Source: a virus. From it: a stretch of 64,000 bases of DNA. Made by a program: the position numbers and the translations under genes. Location of the stretch: positions 53,728-117,727 of the IMG/VR virus record IMGVR_UViG_3300023174_003433. One strand, given 5' to 3'. This document shows, in pieces, positions 46,652-56,009 of the stretch. Every line of letters starts with the position of its first letter. The first letter of the stretch is position 1. Below the pieces are notes generated by a model. It had not been told where the DNA came from. It made no database searches and worked only from the letters and a program-made list of their open reading frames with translations.

Positions 46652-46911
46652 TTAATAACGCTTATTTTTTTATTAAAAATTGAATCTAAATCATCCAAAT
46701 CATCTTCTTGTTTAAGAGTTGTTGTGGATTGATTATCATTTACAATTTCCAAATAACCACCAAAATTGAATCCACAACCTTTTAAAAAAGTTTCAAACTC
46801 ACCAATAACACTATCTAAATGGTCAGCATTGAATTCAAATGTTTTTTTGGTGACGATTGCATCAGCAAATGGCATTGGATCATCTTCACAAATAAATGTA
46901 AACTTACTCAT
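46648..46911 (-). CDS. Hypothetical protein
   Basis: EF.A..L..V...FE.FLKGCGF motif; coupled ORF. Confidence 0.7.
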   Translation of the reverse strand: MSKFTFICEDDPMPFADAIVTKKTFEFNADHLDSVIGEFETFLKGCGFNFGGYLEIVNDNQSTTTLKQEDDLDDLDSIFNKKISVIK

Positions 46912-47186
46912 AATTTTGGAATATCCAAATCAACAGGTGTATTTTTCTTTAAAGACTTAATACGAGCCGCAATATCTTCACTCGACACAGTTTGCATAGC
47001 AAATTGTTTGAACTGGTCATAAGTATCTTTTACTTTGTATGCCTTGCTACCACCAACAGCTGCTTGGTCAGCAATGAATAAAGCACAACCACCTGCGGCC
47101 AAAGGAGCAATCTCAATTACTTCATCTAAATTAATGATTACTTTACATTGTTTTTCTACTGATTCAACTTCAACAAATAATGCCAT
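46908..47186 (-). CDS. Hypothetical protein
   Basis: Coupled ORF. Confidence 0.7.
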   Translation of the reverse strand: MALFVEVESVEKQCKVIINLDEVIEIAPLAAGGCALFIADQAAVGGSKAYKVKDTYDQFKQFAMQTVSSEDIAARIKSLKKNTPVDLDIPKL

Positions 47187-47359
47187 TATGCTTCTCCCTT
47201 TTCAGATTTGTTTTCTTTCAATTTGGCCAACTTGGCACGTTTTTCCAATACTTCTGCTTCAATCATCATGCTTTTCCAATGACCACGTTTACTGTCAGGC
47301 ATTAGTGCAAGAATTCGTTTTGATTCTTTACTTAGTTTAAAATCACTATTTGTTTTCAT
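47186..47359 (-). CDS. Small hypothetical protein (57 aa; absent from ORF track)
   Basis: MKTNSDFKLSKESKRILALMPDSKRGHWKSMMIEAE...; fills the gap with overlaps at both ends. Confidence 0.65.
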   Translation of the reverse strand: MKTNSDFKLSKESKRILALMPDSKRGHWKSMMIEAEVLEKRAKLAKLKENKSEKGEA

Positions 47360-47640
47360 TTAGTTACCTTTTGAATTGACTCCTGTTTATCACAATCTTT
47401 TACACGAACCAATAATGTATCTGTTTGATTTAGTGGTCGTACAAAAAAACATTCACCTTTAACTGACCAAACCAACTTGTTTTGAATACCACCATCAAAG
47501 TTACCATTGACAGGCACATTCATAAAATATGGTGTGTAGTGGAATGTTAAACCAAATACAATAATGGCAACAAAAAATATTGTTCGATTACTTTGAAACC
47601 ATTCACTTATTTTTTTAATGATTAATGTAAACATCAGCAA
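47356..47640 (-). CDS. Membrane-anchored hypothetical protein
   Basis: One TM segment, Cys pair. Confidence 0.6.
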   Translation of the reverse strand: MLMFTLIIKKISEWFQSNRTIFFVAIIVFGLTFHYTPYFMNVPVNGNFDGGIQNKLVWSVKGECFFVRPLNQTDTLLVRVKDCDKQESIQKVTK

Positions 47641-47875
47641 TTCCTTTAGTAAATAATATGGCCATTGTACCAGTAAACATCATTAAAGTCAATAGAAATA
47701 TGGTACACTTTGTTGATTGTTCACGATAGTATTCCACTTCTCGTTCAATCATCTCATGTTGCGCCTGAACCATATCTGGTACATCAGGTGCCATGAGTTT
47801 AAGAGTTTCGGTAGATTGTTCCAATCGTTTCACCGCCTGCCAATAACGATAATAAGATAACATGATTAGTCCCAC
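47615..47875 (-). CDS. Hypothetical protein with C-terminal TM segment
   Basis: Packed ORF. Confidence 0.6.
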   Translation of the reverse strand: MGLIMLSYYRYWQAVKRLEQSTETLKLMAPDVPDMVQAQHEMIEREVEYYREQSTKCTIFLLTLMMFTGTMAILFTKGIADVYINH

Positions 47876-48531
47876 AAATTACGATAGTATTTACCAAATA
47901 GTATTAGACCATTTTTAATTCTATCGTCCACTTTTTCGTGGCCTTCACGATCCCATACTCTCTTTGATTTCCAACCTGGTTTAAACATATTGGCAATATC
48001 TTCGTTTTGATCGTTTTTATCACCAGACCAGAATTCTTCTTCCCATGAATCATCAACGAGATGTTCAAATGCCCAAATCATTTCATTCATTACATAATCC
48101 CAACGCTTGAAATGGTTTGAATCGGTGTCCCACTCATTCTCTTTTGGTTCAGCATTGGTAGATTTCAATTCATCAGGCACATCTTCATCATCAACATATG
48201 GTGCGCCATGCTTTTCTTTATTCAACTGTTTAAGCATTGGCAAAATAATTTGTGATAGTGTGTGGTCCATTGACCATGTATCGTATCTATCAATCTTCAC
48301 ATACTTGATTGGTGGATGAATAAAATCTAAAACTACACGAATGGCGGTACTGATAGGTTCCATTCGATTGGCCCATTTATTAACCCATGCAGGATGATCC
48401 ACATAATCTTCATCTGCGATTACACCTTTATTGCGACCGCATTTACTCCAATCAGTCCAGAAAAAGATGTATTCTAGGATTGTATATGGAGAAATCCAGT
48501 GATTTCTATAATTACTTAAATAAACTTTCAT
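47866..48531 (-). CDS. Conserved hypothetical phage protein
   Basis: IDRYDTWSMDHTL..II.PML.QL...KHGAP, RWD.V..EMIWAFE, G..LFGKYY..LWD. Confidence 0.75.
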   Translation of the reverse strand: MKVYLSNYRNHWISPYTILEYIFFWTDWSKCGRNKGVIADEDYVDHPAWVNKWANRMEPISTAIRVVLDFIHPPIKYVKIDRYDTWSMDHTLSQIILPMLKQLNKEKHGAPYVDDEDVPDELKSTNAEPKENEWDTDSNHFKRWDYVMNEMIWAFEHLVDDSWEEEFWSGDKNDQNEDIANMFKPGWKSKRVWDREGHEKVDDRIKNGLILFGKYYRNLWD

Positions 48532-48896
48532 TTTTCTACCCACCATTCAATTTTAGGATTATTTCTTTCATACAATTCAACCAATTCTTCCAATGACCAC
48601 ATAAAATCGGTCTCAAAAGTATCTAACCATTTACCAAATTGGTGCCAAGATTCTGCCTTCATTGGGCCAACACCAATCTCATCACCAAACTGACCTAAAT
48701 CTTCACCACGACAATCAATACGACCACATGAATACTCCTGAATAATCTCGGAATACTCAACGACATCACCGGCCTTTCGGTTGGTCAAAGTAGAATCCTC
48801 GGTGAGTGTTCGTTTAATCTTTTTAAGTAGGCCACGATCCTCGTACCATTTCAGGTTCGCCACTCCCATCCAGTTTGTGCTATATCTCACAGGCAT
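48528..48896 (-). CDS. Hypothetical protein
   Basis: Packed ORF. Confidence 0.65.
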   Translation of the reverse strand: MPVRYSTNWMGVANLKWYEDRGLLKKIKRTLTEDSTLTNRKAGDVVEYSEIIQEYSCGRIDCRGEDLGQFGDEIGVGPMKAESWHQFGKWLDTFETDFMWSLEELVELYERNNPKIEWWVEK

Positions 48897-49224
48897 AATT
48901 TAACTCTTTCCAATTTGTGTTCTCAGGCAGCATCTCAATTTTGAAATCTGCCTTATCAATAAAGTTTTGTAATACTCTACCACCATAACCATTGGTGCCG
49001 TATGAATTCTTATAACAACGATATACCGATCCAGAGTGACCATGAAAATCATAGTAATCATCCGTTGATTCAACATTAACGATACCACTATTGAATTGCC
49101 ATGAATCGGAACCAATATATCCACCATACCAACAGGCAAATACCTTGTATAGTGGTTCTTTATCGGCTGTAATCTTCACTACAACCCATTTATCAGGTGT
49201 ATAATCACTCATTAACTCTCTCAA
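48880..49224 (-). CDS. Conserved hypothetical phage protein
   Basis: Y.PDKWVVVKI...YKV...W.GGY..SDSW..NSGI...F.G.SGSVY.C. Confidence 0.75.
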   Translation of the reverse strand: MRELMSDYTPDKWVVVKITADKEPLYKVFACWYGGYIGSDSWQFNSGIVNVESTDDYYDFHGHSGSVYRCYKNSYGTNGYGGRVLQNFIDKADFKIEMLPENTNWKELNYACEI

Positions 49225-49552
49225 TCTTTAATAATTGGCCATTCATGAATAATGATTTATATTCAATCCATTTATCGGCCTTATGACCACCATTCTCTTT
49301 ATCTTCACGGTAGAACCTAATGGCACCATCAAAATCATGGCAATACACCCAGCGTTCATTGAATTGTCTTAGATAACCACCCAAGAATCCATCATTATCT
49401 TCTATCCATTCAGCATCATAATCTTCATGCCACAAATATATGTGGCCAGAATCTTGGTCATGTTCAATTTTGTATTTGTCTAGAGTTTGGCAAGGTGTAT
49501 CTTTGGTTTGATACACCTCACCTTGGTAATGAATCTCATCAAACATTCCCAT
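49205..49552 (-). CDS. Conserved hypothetical phage protein
   Basis: MGMFD...YQTKD..C..L..Y.I...W.EY...F..G.L. Confidence 0.7.
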   Translation of the reverse strand: MGMFDEIHYQGEVYQTKDTPCQTLDKYKIEHDQDSGHIYLWHEDYDAEWIEDNDGFLGGYLRQFNERWVYCHDFDGAIRFYREDKENGGHKADKWIEYKSLFMNGQLLKIERVNE

Positions 49553-50410
49553 TTAAATCTCCAAATATATCAATTTAAATTCTTTTGCTCTCTGTTCATA
49601 ACCAACATAACCACGAGGATTACAAACTACTCTCGTATCACCAACCATATAATCAGATACATTGTGCATATGACCATGAGTCCACAATTTAATCTGTGGC
49701 CTATCCATAATAAACTCGGACAAATCAGAATGAAATGCGCCATTCATCAATGTATCAAACCGATAACACTCAGCAATACTGATTGGCGTTGGTGCATGGT
49801 GTGTTACCACAACATACTGTTTTGTTTTATTCTCAGTAGCAATCTTTATGTAGTCCAACATTTTTTTATGGTCTTCCACAGAATCTTCTGCTGACCACAA
49901 TGAAGGTGTTTGATAATGATCCACAGATTTAACAACCAAAGTGTTATCATGGTAAACATTCTTCTTATGCTGAACCATACGATTGCTGTTTTTAGTTAAA
50001 CGAAAATCATTCATCGCTCTACCACAATGCCATAAAGTTAATGAATCACCTTTGTTCATATCAGTCCATAATGTACCAGCAACAAAGGTCACATCATTGT
50101 GTTCCCATGTTTCTTTTTCTAATACATGAATGTTTGGTAAATCGGCTAATTCAGCCTTCAATCTATCATACGTATTAGCAATATCAAAATCATAATGCTC
50201 ATGATTACCCATGATATACACAACGTGAGGAAATTGAAAAGCACACCGGCTAAAGAAACTTTTTACCTTATTTCTTTCTTTTGGCTTTTTCTTAAACTGA
50301 CTAGCGGTACAGATATCACCACTCAGGATGAGGACGTCAGCATTCTCCTCATTCTTTAAAATGAGGTCACCAAATTCTAAATGGATATCGGATGCTAACG
50401 CTATTTTCAT
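49553..50410 (-). CDS. Calcineurin-like metallophosphoesterase
   Basis: SDIHLE, LSGDI, GNHEHY, THHAP, HGHMH, NPRGY. Confidence 0.9.
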   Translation of the reverse strand: MKIALASDIHLEFGDLILKNEENADVLILSGDICTASQFKKKPKERNKVKSFFSRCAFQFPHVVYIMGNHEHYDFDIANTYDRLKAELADLPNIHVLEKETWEHNDVTFVAGTLWTDMNKGDSLTLWHCGRAMNDFRLTKNSNRMVQHKKNVYHDNTLVVKSVDHYQTPSLWSAEDSVEDHKKMLDYIKIATENKTKQYVVVTHHAPTPISIAECYRFDTLMNGAFHSDLSEFIMDRPQIKLWTHGHMHNVSDYMVGDTRVVCNPRGYVGYEQRAKEFKLIYLEI

Positions 50411-50646
50411 TAATGCAATCTTTCTGGTTTCTCTAATTCTTTATTTAAAATACTTTCACCCACACTTAATAATAATTTGGCCAAATCATCTGAACTTTTT
50501 ACTGAATTATTCAAATGAATTAATCTGGCCAATGTTACTGCACTAAATTTTAATGGTGATATTTTATATTTAACACATGATTCAGTTATAAACAAATCAA
50601 TCTCATCTGAAACTAAATGCAATTCACTTTCATCAAATTGATCCAT
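50410..50646 (-). CDS. Hypothetical protein
   Basis: Coupled ORF. Confidence 0.6.
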   Translation of the reverse strand: MDQFDESELHLVSDEIDLFITESCVKYKISPLKFSAVTLARLIHLNNSVKSSDDLAKLLLSVGESILNKELEKPERLH

Positions 50647-51082
50647 GTTTAACTCGTTTCATGTAATCTTTTTTCCATTGTTTACGCCATTTAACGGTTT
50701 CCATATTACTTTCACGGTCACGCCATAACGCATTACACTCTGATTGTGTCATACCACCATATAGTTTACAATCTTCCATAAACATCTCTTGGTCAGGTGA
50801 CATTTTTGCTTCAGGTTTCACCTCTGCAACGGGTGGTTGTGGTTTAATTTCTTCTACCTTTGGTTCTTCTTTAGCAATAGGAGTTACCACAGCAACCTCA
50901 GTAGGTTTATCAACCTTTTTGGATGGCATAGCAAATACAGCAACACAAAATGCCAAACCAACACCAATAACAATATAACGCCAATACATTCCAACCAAGA
51001 AAATGACGATTGCTGAAATGATTACGATTTGTAACACATCGGTAGTTAAACCTACTGCGGCTAAATTATCAAATAATTGCAT
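50633..51082 (-). CDS. Membrane protein with Pro/Glu linker
   Basis: Two TM segments, C-terminal Cys pair. Confidence 0.65.
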   Translation of the reverse strand: MQLFDNLAAVGLTTDVLQIVIISAIVIFLVGMYWRYIVIGVGLAFCVAVFAMPSKKVDKPTEVAVVTPIAKEEPKVEEIKPQPPVAEVKPEAKMSPDQEMFMEDCKLYGGMTQSECNALWRDRESNMETVKWRKQWKKDYMKRVKHGSI

Positions 51083-51084
51083 GA

Positions 51085-51312
51085 TTATCTCACAGGTTCA
51101 CAAATAACATTTACTGGCACCAATAGTTTGCCGTGTTCTGTATTAACGACAACATAATCAACATAGGGGCGCATACGAGCATTCACACAATCTTTGTGTG
51201 CTTTAACAACGTCTGCACGATCCATTGCTTTAGGGCCATCATAGTTGGTCAATTTAGGTGTTGATGAGCACCCTACGACCAACAACAAGGCGGCACCAAT
51301 TAGATATTTCAT
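51085..51312 (-). CDS. Putative lipoprotein
   Basis: Lipobox-like LLVVG-C. Confidence 0.7.
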   Translation of the reverse strand: MKYLIGAALLLVVGCSSTPKLTNYDGPKAMDRADVVKAHKDCVNARMRPYVDYVVVNTEHGKLLVPVNVICEPVR

Positions 51313-51509
51313 TTTAACTCCATAACGTGTTTAATAACTGCATTTGCTTCACTCAAATCAGATTTAGCCAAAGCGGCCTCAATCAACGATTCACGAAGCG
51401 TTTCTTCTTTTGATCGGTTCAACAACCATTGCATAAACAAATTTGCTTCCGATCTATCATAGAAATTTTTAATGGGTTTACCATTCATTCTTACTGTGTA
51501 TTGTATCAT
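51309..51509 (-). CDS. Hypothetical protein
   Basis: Coupled ORF. Confidence 0.6.
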   Translation of the reverse strand: MIQYTVRMNGKPIKNFYDRSEANLFMQWLLNRSKEETLRESLIEAALAKSDLSEANAVIKHVMELK

Positions 51510-51637
51510 TTTGAATCCACACTAATTGAGGTGTTTTTAACTTTATCAATTCCACTATCCACCATCTGTGCAAAGCCAGTAAAGCCTGTAGTAGCGACAA
51601 TAAAGCCTAAAACAAAACCTATCACAAAATTAATCAT
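51506..51637 (-). CDS. Small membrane protein (43 aa; absent from ORF track)
   Basis: MINFVIGFVLGFIVATTGFTGFAQMVDSGIDKVK...; SD AAGGA. Confidence 0.6.
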   Translation of the reverse strand: MINFVIGFVLGFIVATTGFTGFAQMVDSGIDKVKNTSISVDSK

Positions 51638-51646
51638 AATGTTTCC

Positions 51647-51865
51647 TTATTCTGGTACCAACATCAACTTACCAATACCAACATATTCTTCAATGGACTT
51701 CTTTAGGTTGCGCTTGGAGGTCGATGGCGATATGAACACATAGTCTTGGTGGTCGCCTTCTTCGGCACTCATATATTCGTTTAGGTACTTAATGGCATCA
51801 ACGGGGTTATCAAACTCCTTTTGGTGTGTCTTATTAAACAATCTAGGTTTTGCAATATATCTCAT
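51647..51865 (-). CDS. Hypothetical protein (start MRYIAKP)
   Basis: Coupled to an upstream 53-aa membrane ORF at 51862..52023. Confidence 0.6.
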   Translation of the reverse strand: MRYIAKPRLFNKTHQKEFDNPVDAIKYLNEYMSAEEGDHQDYVFISPSTSKRNLKKSIEEYVGIGKLMLVPE

Positions 51866-52019
51866 TGTAAATATCCCAATCCACCCAAAATACCAACTAC
51901 CATACAAATCACCATAACAATAAACAATGTTGCAAGCATGCCGAATGTAATAAGGGCATCATAACGAATTGCCTTATTCAACACATCACCACACCAATCA
52001 TTCATTCGTTCTAATCTAC

Positions 52020-52355
52020 TCATTTCTTATCTTTCTTTTTTGGTTTAATTGCCGCAATACCATAACCTTGGCCATCGTATGCATCACTTAATTGCTCACG
52101 CAACGCAGCACATTCTTCTTCAAGCATTTTATTTTTACGAACTTCCGCCATCATTACATCTTCAAATAAACTCCACAGTTTGTGAAATTTCACATCATAA
52201 ACATGAGCAAGAGCCATCACATGATTTGAAAATGAATCTTCGCTATTGTTTTCTACCCAACCTTCAAATATGCCTTCATCGAGCTCTTTGAGGTCATCTA
52301 CTATATTCCAGCATCTTATAATCTGCTGTTCAAAATCAAATCTATCGCTGGGCAT
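52020..52355 (-). CDS. Hypothetical protein
   Basis: DRFDFEQQI..CW..VDDL...Y..KF..LW..FE pattern. Confidence 0.7.
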   Translation of the reverse strand: MPSDRFDFEQQIIRCWNIVDDLKELDEGIFEGWVENNSEDSFSNHVMALAHVYDVKFHKLWSLFEDVMMAEVRKNKMLEEECAALREQLSDAYDGQGYGIAAIKPKKKDKK

Positions 52356-52509
52356 ATGTTTGCATCCATTCTGTTAAGATATTTTTTGCTTCTCTGCGCT
52401 CAAGGCCAAATGCCTGTTGCAAATATGGTGAAGCACCAAACATATTGGTTACACCAGTTTCACGCAATGTATCCAAATACTCAAACATTTCTTCTTTATC
52501 GATTGTCAT
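52342..52509 (-). CDS. Small conserved phage protein (55 aa; absent from ORF track)
   Basis: F.YLD.LRETGVTNMFGA.PYL...FGL...EA..IL.EWM. Confidence 0.75.
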   Translation of the reverse strand: MTIDKEEMFEYLDTLRETGVTNMFGASPYLQQAFGLERREAKNILTEWMQTYAQR

Positions 52510-52592
52510 AATTTTCCATAATATAAAAAGGTGCCATCACATAGCTCGAGCGTTTCACAACGAGTCTAAACAACTATATGATGGCGGAGAGA

Positions 52593-52928
52593 TTAAACTG
52601 TTGCTGACTGCTGAACAACAACTGGTTTTACAGGTGTTGCTTTAGTTTGCAACTGTTGGTTGCCTTTGAATCGACCATTGGAATCGAACTGGTCGGCATT
52701 AATCAATTGATACGCCTTTACTTTACGGCCATCTTTGATTACTTTAACGATACCGCCATCTTTACGAATGTTATAAATGTTGGTACTGAGGCGATACAAT
52801 ACTGATTCTTGGTCTGTGCCTTTGAATACTGTTTCGATTTCAGCAGGACTCACAGGTTTGCCTGACAACAATACTTGGGTAATTTTCTCATGACGGTTTA
52901 CCTTACCTTTACGAACTGTTAATGCCAT
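52593..52928 (-). CDS. Putative winged-helix DNA-binding protein
   Basis: EKI..VLLSGKPVS..EI...YRLST.IY.IRK.GG.VKV.K.GRKV..YQL. Confidence 0.5.
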   Translation of the reverse strand: MALTVRKGKVNRHEKITQVLLSGKPVSPAEIETVFKGTDQESVLYRLSTNIYNIRKDGGIVKVIKDGRKVKAYQLINADQFDSNGRFKGNQQLQTKATPVKPVVVQQSATV

Positions 52929-52988
52929 TGTAATACTCCTAATAAATTAATAATATAAAAACTTCTCATTTGCTACATACCCATTATA

Positions 52989-54152
52989 CTACACTTGAGA
53001 TTGGTTGGCAACCTCAGATGTGGTAGAAATGGTACTTGTATTGGCAGGTGATTCTACCGAACTATCGACCTTGCTATACAAATCTAAGAATGCCATTTTG
53101 GTTTCTTCGTCAAAACGATTTACACACAATGTAATGGCTTTCATTCTATCTTTGAATATAGAAAAAGCTTTTGCGATGTGTACCAAACGGCGAGTGCTGA
53201 TAATTTCATCAGTTGCACCTTCATCATACGATTTGCGAACCACATCAGCCCATTGGCATAAATGTTCAACAAATTCTTTATCTTCAATCAATGGTGTTAA
53301 AATCTTTTTCTCAGTTTTAACATCAGGATATTCCTGTTCTACCGTGATTGGGAATCGTTCTAAGAAAGCATCATCTAGAATTTGTGATAGATACTTGCCT
53401 TCATCACTACCACGACCTTTGGTGTTGGCAGTTGCAACGATTGTGAAACCAGATTTTGGATACACCATCTCACCTGATTTTTTATTGTAATGTGGTTTGC
53501 CTTCCATGATACCTTGCAAGCACATTAGTTTATTAGAACCACGGTCAACTTCATCAATCAACAATACTGCGCCACGCTTCATAGCGATAAGAACAGGACC
53601 ATCACGATTGACCACATTACCATTGACCAATGTAGGACCACCAAGTAAATCGGTCTCATCAGTTTCAACGGAGATATTCACACGAATACACTCACGGCCT
53701 AATTCAGCACACACTTGCTCGACCATCAAGGTCTTGCCGTTACCTGATAAACCAGTAACGAAAATTGGATAGAATGCCTTGCTACTAATGATATTTTTCA
53801 TATCTTTGTAGAAACCAAACGGCACATAATCAGGCCATTTTTGTGGCACCGATGGTTCGTTATCATCAACCAGTTTTGGTTGGCGGAACTCTAACACTTG
53901 TGCAGGTTGTGCATAAGCAATCTCTAATTCAGGTTCTTGTTCTTTCACTTTTGCCTTTACAATCTTTTCGCCAGATGGTGGCACTTTGTATTGACCACGG
54001 TCATAACGATATTGTGATTTGGTCACCAACCAATAAGGATAGGGCGCACCTGATTCATTACAAACTTGTGTAATGTTATCTCTATTAATAACGGCTTCAG
54101 AACCAAATCGTTCTTCACACGCTACAACGAATTGCTTTGCATTTTTATTCAT
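52989..54152 (-). CDS. AAA+ ATPase, CobS/MoxR-like
   Basis: Walker A GLSGNGKT, RVNI..ETDE.DL.GG, Walker B LLIDEVD, ATANTKG.G, AFLERF, ISTRRLVH. Confidence 0.9.
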   Translation of the reverse strand: MNKNAKQFVVACEERFGSEAVINRDNITQVCNESGAPYPYWLVTKSQYRYDRGQYKVPPSGEKIVKAKVKEQEPELEIAYAQPAQVLEFRQPKLVDDNEPSVPQKWPDYVPFGFYKDMKNIISSKAFYPIFVTGLSGNGKTLMVEQVCAELGRECIRVNISVETDETDLLGGPTLVNGNVVNRDGPVLIAMKRGAVLLIDEVDRGSNKLMCLQGIMEGKPHYNKKSGEMVYPKSGFTIVATANTKGRGSDEGKYLSQILDDAFLERFPITVEQEYPDVKTEKKILTPLIEDKEFVEHLCQWADVVRKSYDEGATDEIISTRRLVHIAKAFSIFKDRMKAITLCVNRFDEETKMAFLDLYSKVDSSVESPANTSTISTTSEVANQSQV

Positions 54153-54180
54153 ACATTCTCCAATTAAACATAACAAATTC

Positions 54181-54266
54181 TGGTGGGCAAGGATGGATTC
54201 GAACCAACTCAGCCTTAGGCAACGGATTTACAGTCCGCTGTAACTCTCCAACTTTACCGCTTACCC
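54181..54266 (-). tRNA. tRNA-Tyr(GTA), long variable arm, CCA encoded
   Basis: GGGTAAG/CTTGCCC-ACCA acceptor, anticodon loop CT-GTA-AA, T-loop TTCGAAT. Confidence 0.92.
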
Positions 54267-54279
54267 AATTTCAACTACC

Positions 54280-54330
54280 ATTATACAGATTCCACACCAG
54301 AAGTCAACCTACTGTTGTGTCCATACAACA
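54280..54330 (-). promoter_or_regulatory. Early sigma70-type promoter (TTGACT-16-TATAAT) with upstream TGTTGT-N6-ACAACA palindrome, driving tRNA-Tyr
   Basis: attata 54280-85, agtcaa 54302-07, palindrome 54313-30. Confidence 0.75.
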
Positions 54331-54333
54331 CTT

Positions 54334-54669
54334 TTAGTACCATGTTCTATGCTTTTCAGCAATATGTTCCAAACCATCGTATTGTACCACTTCCCAATTT
54401 ACATCATCGGGTATTTCCACAATTTTTAGATTGGCCGCAAAACCAAATGATTTGCTACCTAATTCTTCAACAACTTTGACCAACACAGGATCATTTCGTT
54501 CAATGTCCCTACTTTCAAAATCTTCATTGGTGTCGGCATTGGTATATAATGTTATACCAAATTTGGTTTTTTCTTTTTTCAATTTGATGCCTTTGCGGTC
54601 AGCATACGCCTCGATTGCCCAATCAGACAAAGAAAAACCACCATAATCACAATTAATTACTATTTTCAT
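54334..54669 (-). CDS. Conserved hypothetical phage protein
   Basis: MKIVIN..YGGF.LS...R.DP.LV.VVEELG...A.LKIVEIPD...W....YDG.E.I.E.HRTW. Confidence 0.8.
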   Translation of the reverse strand: MKIVINCDYGGFSLSDWAIEAYADRKGIKLKKEKTKFGITLYTNADTNEDFESRDIERNDPVLVKVVEELGSKSFGFAANLKIVEIPDDVNWEVVQYDGLEHIAEKHRTWY

Positions 54670-55048
54670 TTTTAATTTGCTCGCTGTGTTTACATTTACC
54701 ACGATACGAATAACCAACACAATTACATTGATACTTACCAGATTCTAAGGTGACTGTATAGGTCTTGCCTGAATCGCTTTTGACCTGCCAATTAGGCACA
54801 TTCAAAGCTTTTGGTTGTTGAACCACCACCGTTGCGCTTATGGCGTCCAATTCTTTATGTTTGACCTTGATAAACTTACGCCTACGAGTGTCCATTGGCA
54901 TAGGTTTGCTGAATACGGTCACTTGGCCATCACTCTCACGAGCATAGGCCAAGATATTGGACTTACCATCAAACAAGTATGTATGATTTGGTATCACAAA
55001 CTCTGGTTCATTCCATTCGGTAATTTCTTTGTATGCTGATATTCCCAT
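54653..55048 (-). CDS. SWIM zinc-finger protein
   Basis: Y.V.......CNC.GY..RGKCKH. Confidence 0.8.
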   Translation of the reverse strand: MGISAYKEITEWNEPEFVIPNHTYLFDGKSNILAYARESDGQVTVFSKPMPMDTRRRKFIKVKHKELDAISATVVVQQPKALNVPNWQVKSDSGKTYTVTLESGKYQCNCVGYSYRGKCKHSEQIKNENSN

Positions 55049-55221
55049 TACTCATCTTTCCATTGGTCGTTTTCACCACAATCAATCCAAACATTCCAAA
55101 TCTTGGCTGTTGGCCAACCTAGTTTAATACTACGCACCGCCTCTTGTGCTGAAATGGCGGACACTTCTTCATATTGAGGATGAATTGAATCATCCATAAA
55201 TTCAACCAAGTAATAATTCAT
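55048..55221 (-). CDS. Small hypothetical protein (57 aa; absent from ORF track)
   Basis: MNYYLVEFMDDSIHPQYEEVSAISAQEAV...; coupled on both sides. Confidence 0.55.
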   Translation of the reverse strand: MNYYLVEFMDDSIHPQYEEVSAISAQEAVRSIKLGWPTAKIWNVWIDCGENDQWKDE

Positions 55222-55386
55222 TTCTTTGCCTTTATTTTATTAATTGCATCCATAGCATCAGGATATTCCTGCATCCATGAAACCAACTCATCATTCTTCA
55301 CCACATCTTGCAACGGATCTTTTGGTTGTGTATTGACCACAATATTATAATTGGCCAATTTATTCCAATCGATTTGATAATTGTTT

Positions 55387-55563
55387 TTATTCATTATCTT
55401 CACCAACATAAACTTCTTTGTAAATTACTTTGATGGTTTCGTCTGAATATTCTTCCGCACAAAATTCTTTTACATCTTGAACTTCATAAAAGCTCAAATG
55501 AATGATTCGGCCGGACTCAAACTCAACCATGTAGATGTTTTCTACATCTGAATCGTAACTCAT
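55387..55563 (-). CDS. Small acidic hypothetical protein (58 aa; absent from ORF track)
   Basis: MSYDSDVENIYMVEFESGRIIHL...; ATGA overlap with the upstream gene. Confidence 0.55.
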   Translation of the reverse strand: MSYDSDVENIYMVEFESGRIIHLSFYEVQDVKEFCAEEYSDETIKVIYKEVYVGEDNE

Positions 55564-56009
55564 GCTGTTTCCTTTTCTTTACAGAATTCTACAAACTCAG
55601 GTAATGAACCAGAGAAAATAACTTCACTTTCATAATCACTACTCATACCAAACATATTGCAACCACAATAATACACTTCAATTTTGAATTGACCATCAAC
55701 ATTCAAAATGTGATACTCATAATCTTGACCACATGATTGCTCAACAACAGGATGCAAATAGAATTGACCTGCACCATCTTTGAAGTTTGCTACCATCTGT
55801 GCAGCCAAACAACCCATGCCATTGAAGAATCTCTCATTAGTACCAAGGCGTAGGCCATTGGTCATACTGCCACTTGATAGAAACTCTGCCAACTCAGCAC
55901 CATGGCCTGTTGGATAACCATCATATTGGCGGTACATATTGATAATACGCTCAGCGGCCTCACCGCTCTTAGATTCACTATACACAAATGTTAAACTTCT
56001 GGTACCCAT
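55560..56009 (-). CDS. Conserved hypothetical phage protein (start MGTRSLT)
   Basis: MGTRS.T...YRQYDGYP.GHG.ELA.FL...NGMGCLAAQ...FK; SD GGAG. Confidence 0.8.
   Translation of the reverse strand: MGTRSLTFVYSESKSGEAAERIINMYRQYDGYPTGHGAELAEFLSSGSMTNGLRLGTNERFFNGMGCLAAQMVANFKDGAGQFYLHPVVEQSCGQDYEYHILNVDGQFKIEVYYCGCNMFGMSSDYESEVIFSGSLPEFVEFCKEKETA

Noticed and set aside
52989-54152. cobS as a cobalamin-synthesis gene feeding the B12 radical SAM
   Set aside because: Phage CobS-like proteins are MoxR-type AAA+ ATPases common in T4-like phages; no cobN or other cob genes in the window
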